DNA of 64,000 nucleotides from NCBI RefSeq assembly GCF_056712565.1, contig NZ_CM160072.1; one strand, 5' to 3'. Shown piece by piece: positions 58,975 to 64,000 of this stretch (position 1 is its first letter; each line of letters starts with the position of its first letter). The notes under the pieces were generated by a model. It saw only the letters and a program-made list of their open reading frames with translations, ran no database searches and was not told where the DNA came from. The position numbers and the translations under genes were made by a program.

Positions 58975-59879
58975 TTCACAACGGTAAGCGGCTGATGGTG
59001 GAAGATTTTTACCGTGTCAGCGGCAATACGCTCTGCAGCAAAAATACCGCGCATCCGCGCCCAGGTGTTACTGTCGACCGAAGCAACCTGCTGCTTCTGC
59101 GCGGCGGTTAACATCTGCCAGAGCGGATCTTGTTGCCAGCGTTTAACAATGCTCTCTTCGCGATAGTGGGCAACCAGCAGCCAGGCAGGATTGACCGCCA
59201 GCAGTTGCTCCAGGCCGATGGACGGCATGGACGCACCCGCCATCGCAGCGGGAACGTTCAGCCCCAGAGAGGCCAGCACGCTGCCGGTCCAGGTCTCCTG
59301 AGTATGCAGGTTGAATTGCTGTTCGCGTGATGTGCCAAAGGCCACGCGTGTCCCTTTGGGAAGCTGGCTGGCCCACTGCGCCATCCTCTCTTTATGTTGT
59401 TCCAGGCGTGCCTGCATCTCTCGCTTTTTACCCACCATTTCGCCGATGATAGCCGCAGATTGCAAATTTTCAGCGTAGGTTTCGTTGCGGGACTTAAGCA
59501 GCAGTACCGGCGCGATTTGCTGCAAGGCGATGTAAACCCCCGCATGGCGACTGCTGTCGGCAATGATCAGGTCTGGTTTCAGAGCGGCAATGGCTTCCAG
59601 GCTCGGCTGCGCGCGCGTTCCGACGGACTGCCACGGTTTCAGGTGCGCACGCACTTCGGGCAGGATGCGTTTTGCATCGTTATCGTCGGCAATACCGATC
59701 GGGCTGACGTCCACGGCGGCCAGCGCATCGGCGAACGAGAGTTCCAGCACCACAATCCGTTGTGGCGTTTTTTCGAGTGTAAACGTGCCGTGTTCGTCCT
59801 GAACCGTGGCGGCAAAGGCGTGGCTGATCACCAGCAGCAGGCCTGCAAAAACAAAACGGATAAATGCCAACATAATCAC
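58971..59879 (-). CDS. fecB: ferric citrate periplasmic binding protein
   Basis: 302 aa with signal peptide; class III substrate-binding protein. Confidence 0.93.
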   Translation of the reverse strand: MIMLAFIRFVFAGLLLVISHAFAATVQDEHGTFTLEKTPQRIVVLELSFADALAAVDVSPIGIADDNDAKRILPEVRAHLKPWQSVGTRAQPSLEAIAALKPDLIIADSSRHAGVYIALQQIAPVLLLKSRNETYAENLQSAAIIGEMVGKKREMQARLEQHKERMAQWASQLPKGTRVAFGTSREQQFNLHTQETWTGSVLASLGLNVPAAMAGASMPSIGLEQLLAVNPAWLLVAHYREESIVKRWQQDPLWQMLTAAQKQQVASVDSNTWARMRGIFAAERIAADTVKIFHHQPLTVVK

Positions 59880-59917
59880 ATTCCAGCTAAAAGCCCGGCA
59901 AGCCGGGCGTTAACACA

Positions 59918-63278
<3,361 letters not shown>

Positions 63279-63282
<4 letters not shown>

Positions 63283-63800
63283 AACCCATACTCCAGACGG
63301 AACAGCAGGCAGTGCTCGACGGCTTTCGCCACGTATTTTTTCACGGAGCTGATGGAAACACCGAGTTTGTGCGCAATCTCGCTGTATGTCAGACCATCCA
63401 GTTGCGAAAGCAGAAACGCTTCACGTGTTTTGCCGTTTAGCCCGTCCAGCATGCTGTCGAGGAGTTGTAGGGTCTCGAGTTGGCTTTCGCGTTCCTCAGG
63501 TGAAGGCGCTCCCCCCTCCGGCATAAGCGCCAGCATCTCCAGATACGCTTTTTCCAGCGCGTTTCGGCGAAACAGGTCCACCATCACGCGTTTGGCGATA
63601 GTGCAGAGGAAGGAGCGAGGATCGCGGATCGTCGAGAGCGTTTCGCTGACCATTACCCGCAAAAAAGTGTCCTGGGCAATGTCATCTGCATCAAAAGCAG
63701 ACTGGAGTTTGCGCGTCAGCCAGCTTTTCAACCAGCCGTGATGTGTGCCATAAAGCGACTCGAACGTTAAGGAAGCTGTGGTAGTGGCGCGGTCAGACAT
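63279..63800 (-). CDS. fecI: ECF sigma factor FecI
   Basis: 173 aa sigma-70 region 2 and 4 domains. Confidence 0.95.
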
Positions 63801-63844
63801 GCGGAGTGCATCAAAAGTTAATTATCACGTAGTCATATTAATAT

Positions 63845-63864
63845 GAGAATGGTTATCATTACAA
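63845..63864 (-). promoter_or_regulatory. Fur box in the fecIR promoter
   Basis: minus strand reads tgtaatgataaccattctc, close to the GATAATGATAATCATTATC consensus. Confidence 0.6.
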
Positions 63865-64000
63865 TTGGAAATAAAATTGTTTCCAATAGACATTTTTAAC
63901 ATGTTGTTTTTCTAAGTGTTATAAGGTAGGTATAAAATGGGATGGAGCCTCTGCTTCTGGCATGTGTCGGTCAGAATGACTCATGATGTGGTCTGCTATT

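Overview
The window reads as an Escherichia coli chromosome segment. It is collinear with the K-12 cybC–nrdDG–treBC–mgtA–pyrBI … valS–pepA–lptFG–idn–leuX region (gene identities recognised from the ORF translations; all K-12 comparisons are from memory, not a search). It then enters a leuX-anchored, IS-rich accessory island (intB, IS2, IS4, IS911, an IS600-like element, gene remnants, yjhBC, a BCCT transporter) that ends in the ferric citrate operon fecIRABCDE. Between pyrBI-pyrL and tabA/argI there is a five-gene arginine deiminase (ADI) cluster: ArgR-family regulator, YfcC-family transporter, catabolic ornithine carbamoyltransferase, carbamate kinase and arginine deiminase. It sits where I recall K-12 carrying yjgH-bdcA-bdcR, and yjgL is also absent. 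I did not find a convincing wholly novel system. The loci most worth a second look are the ADI cluster with its unusual transporter and a perfect CRP-type palindrome upstream, the IS-flanked BCCT transporter, the yjgM/yjgN pair, and several IS junctions and pseudogenes. No CRISPR array was seen. Coordinates of regulatory sites and IS ends were counted by hand and may be off by a few bp.
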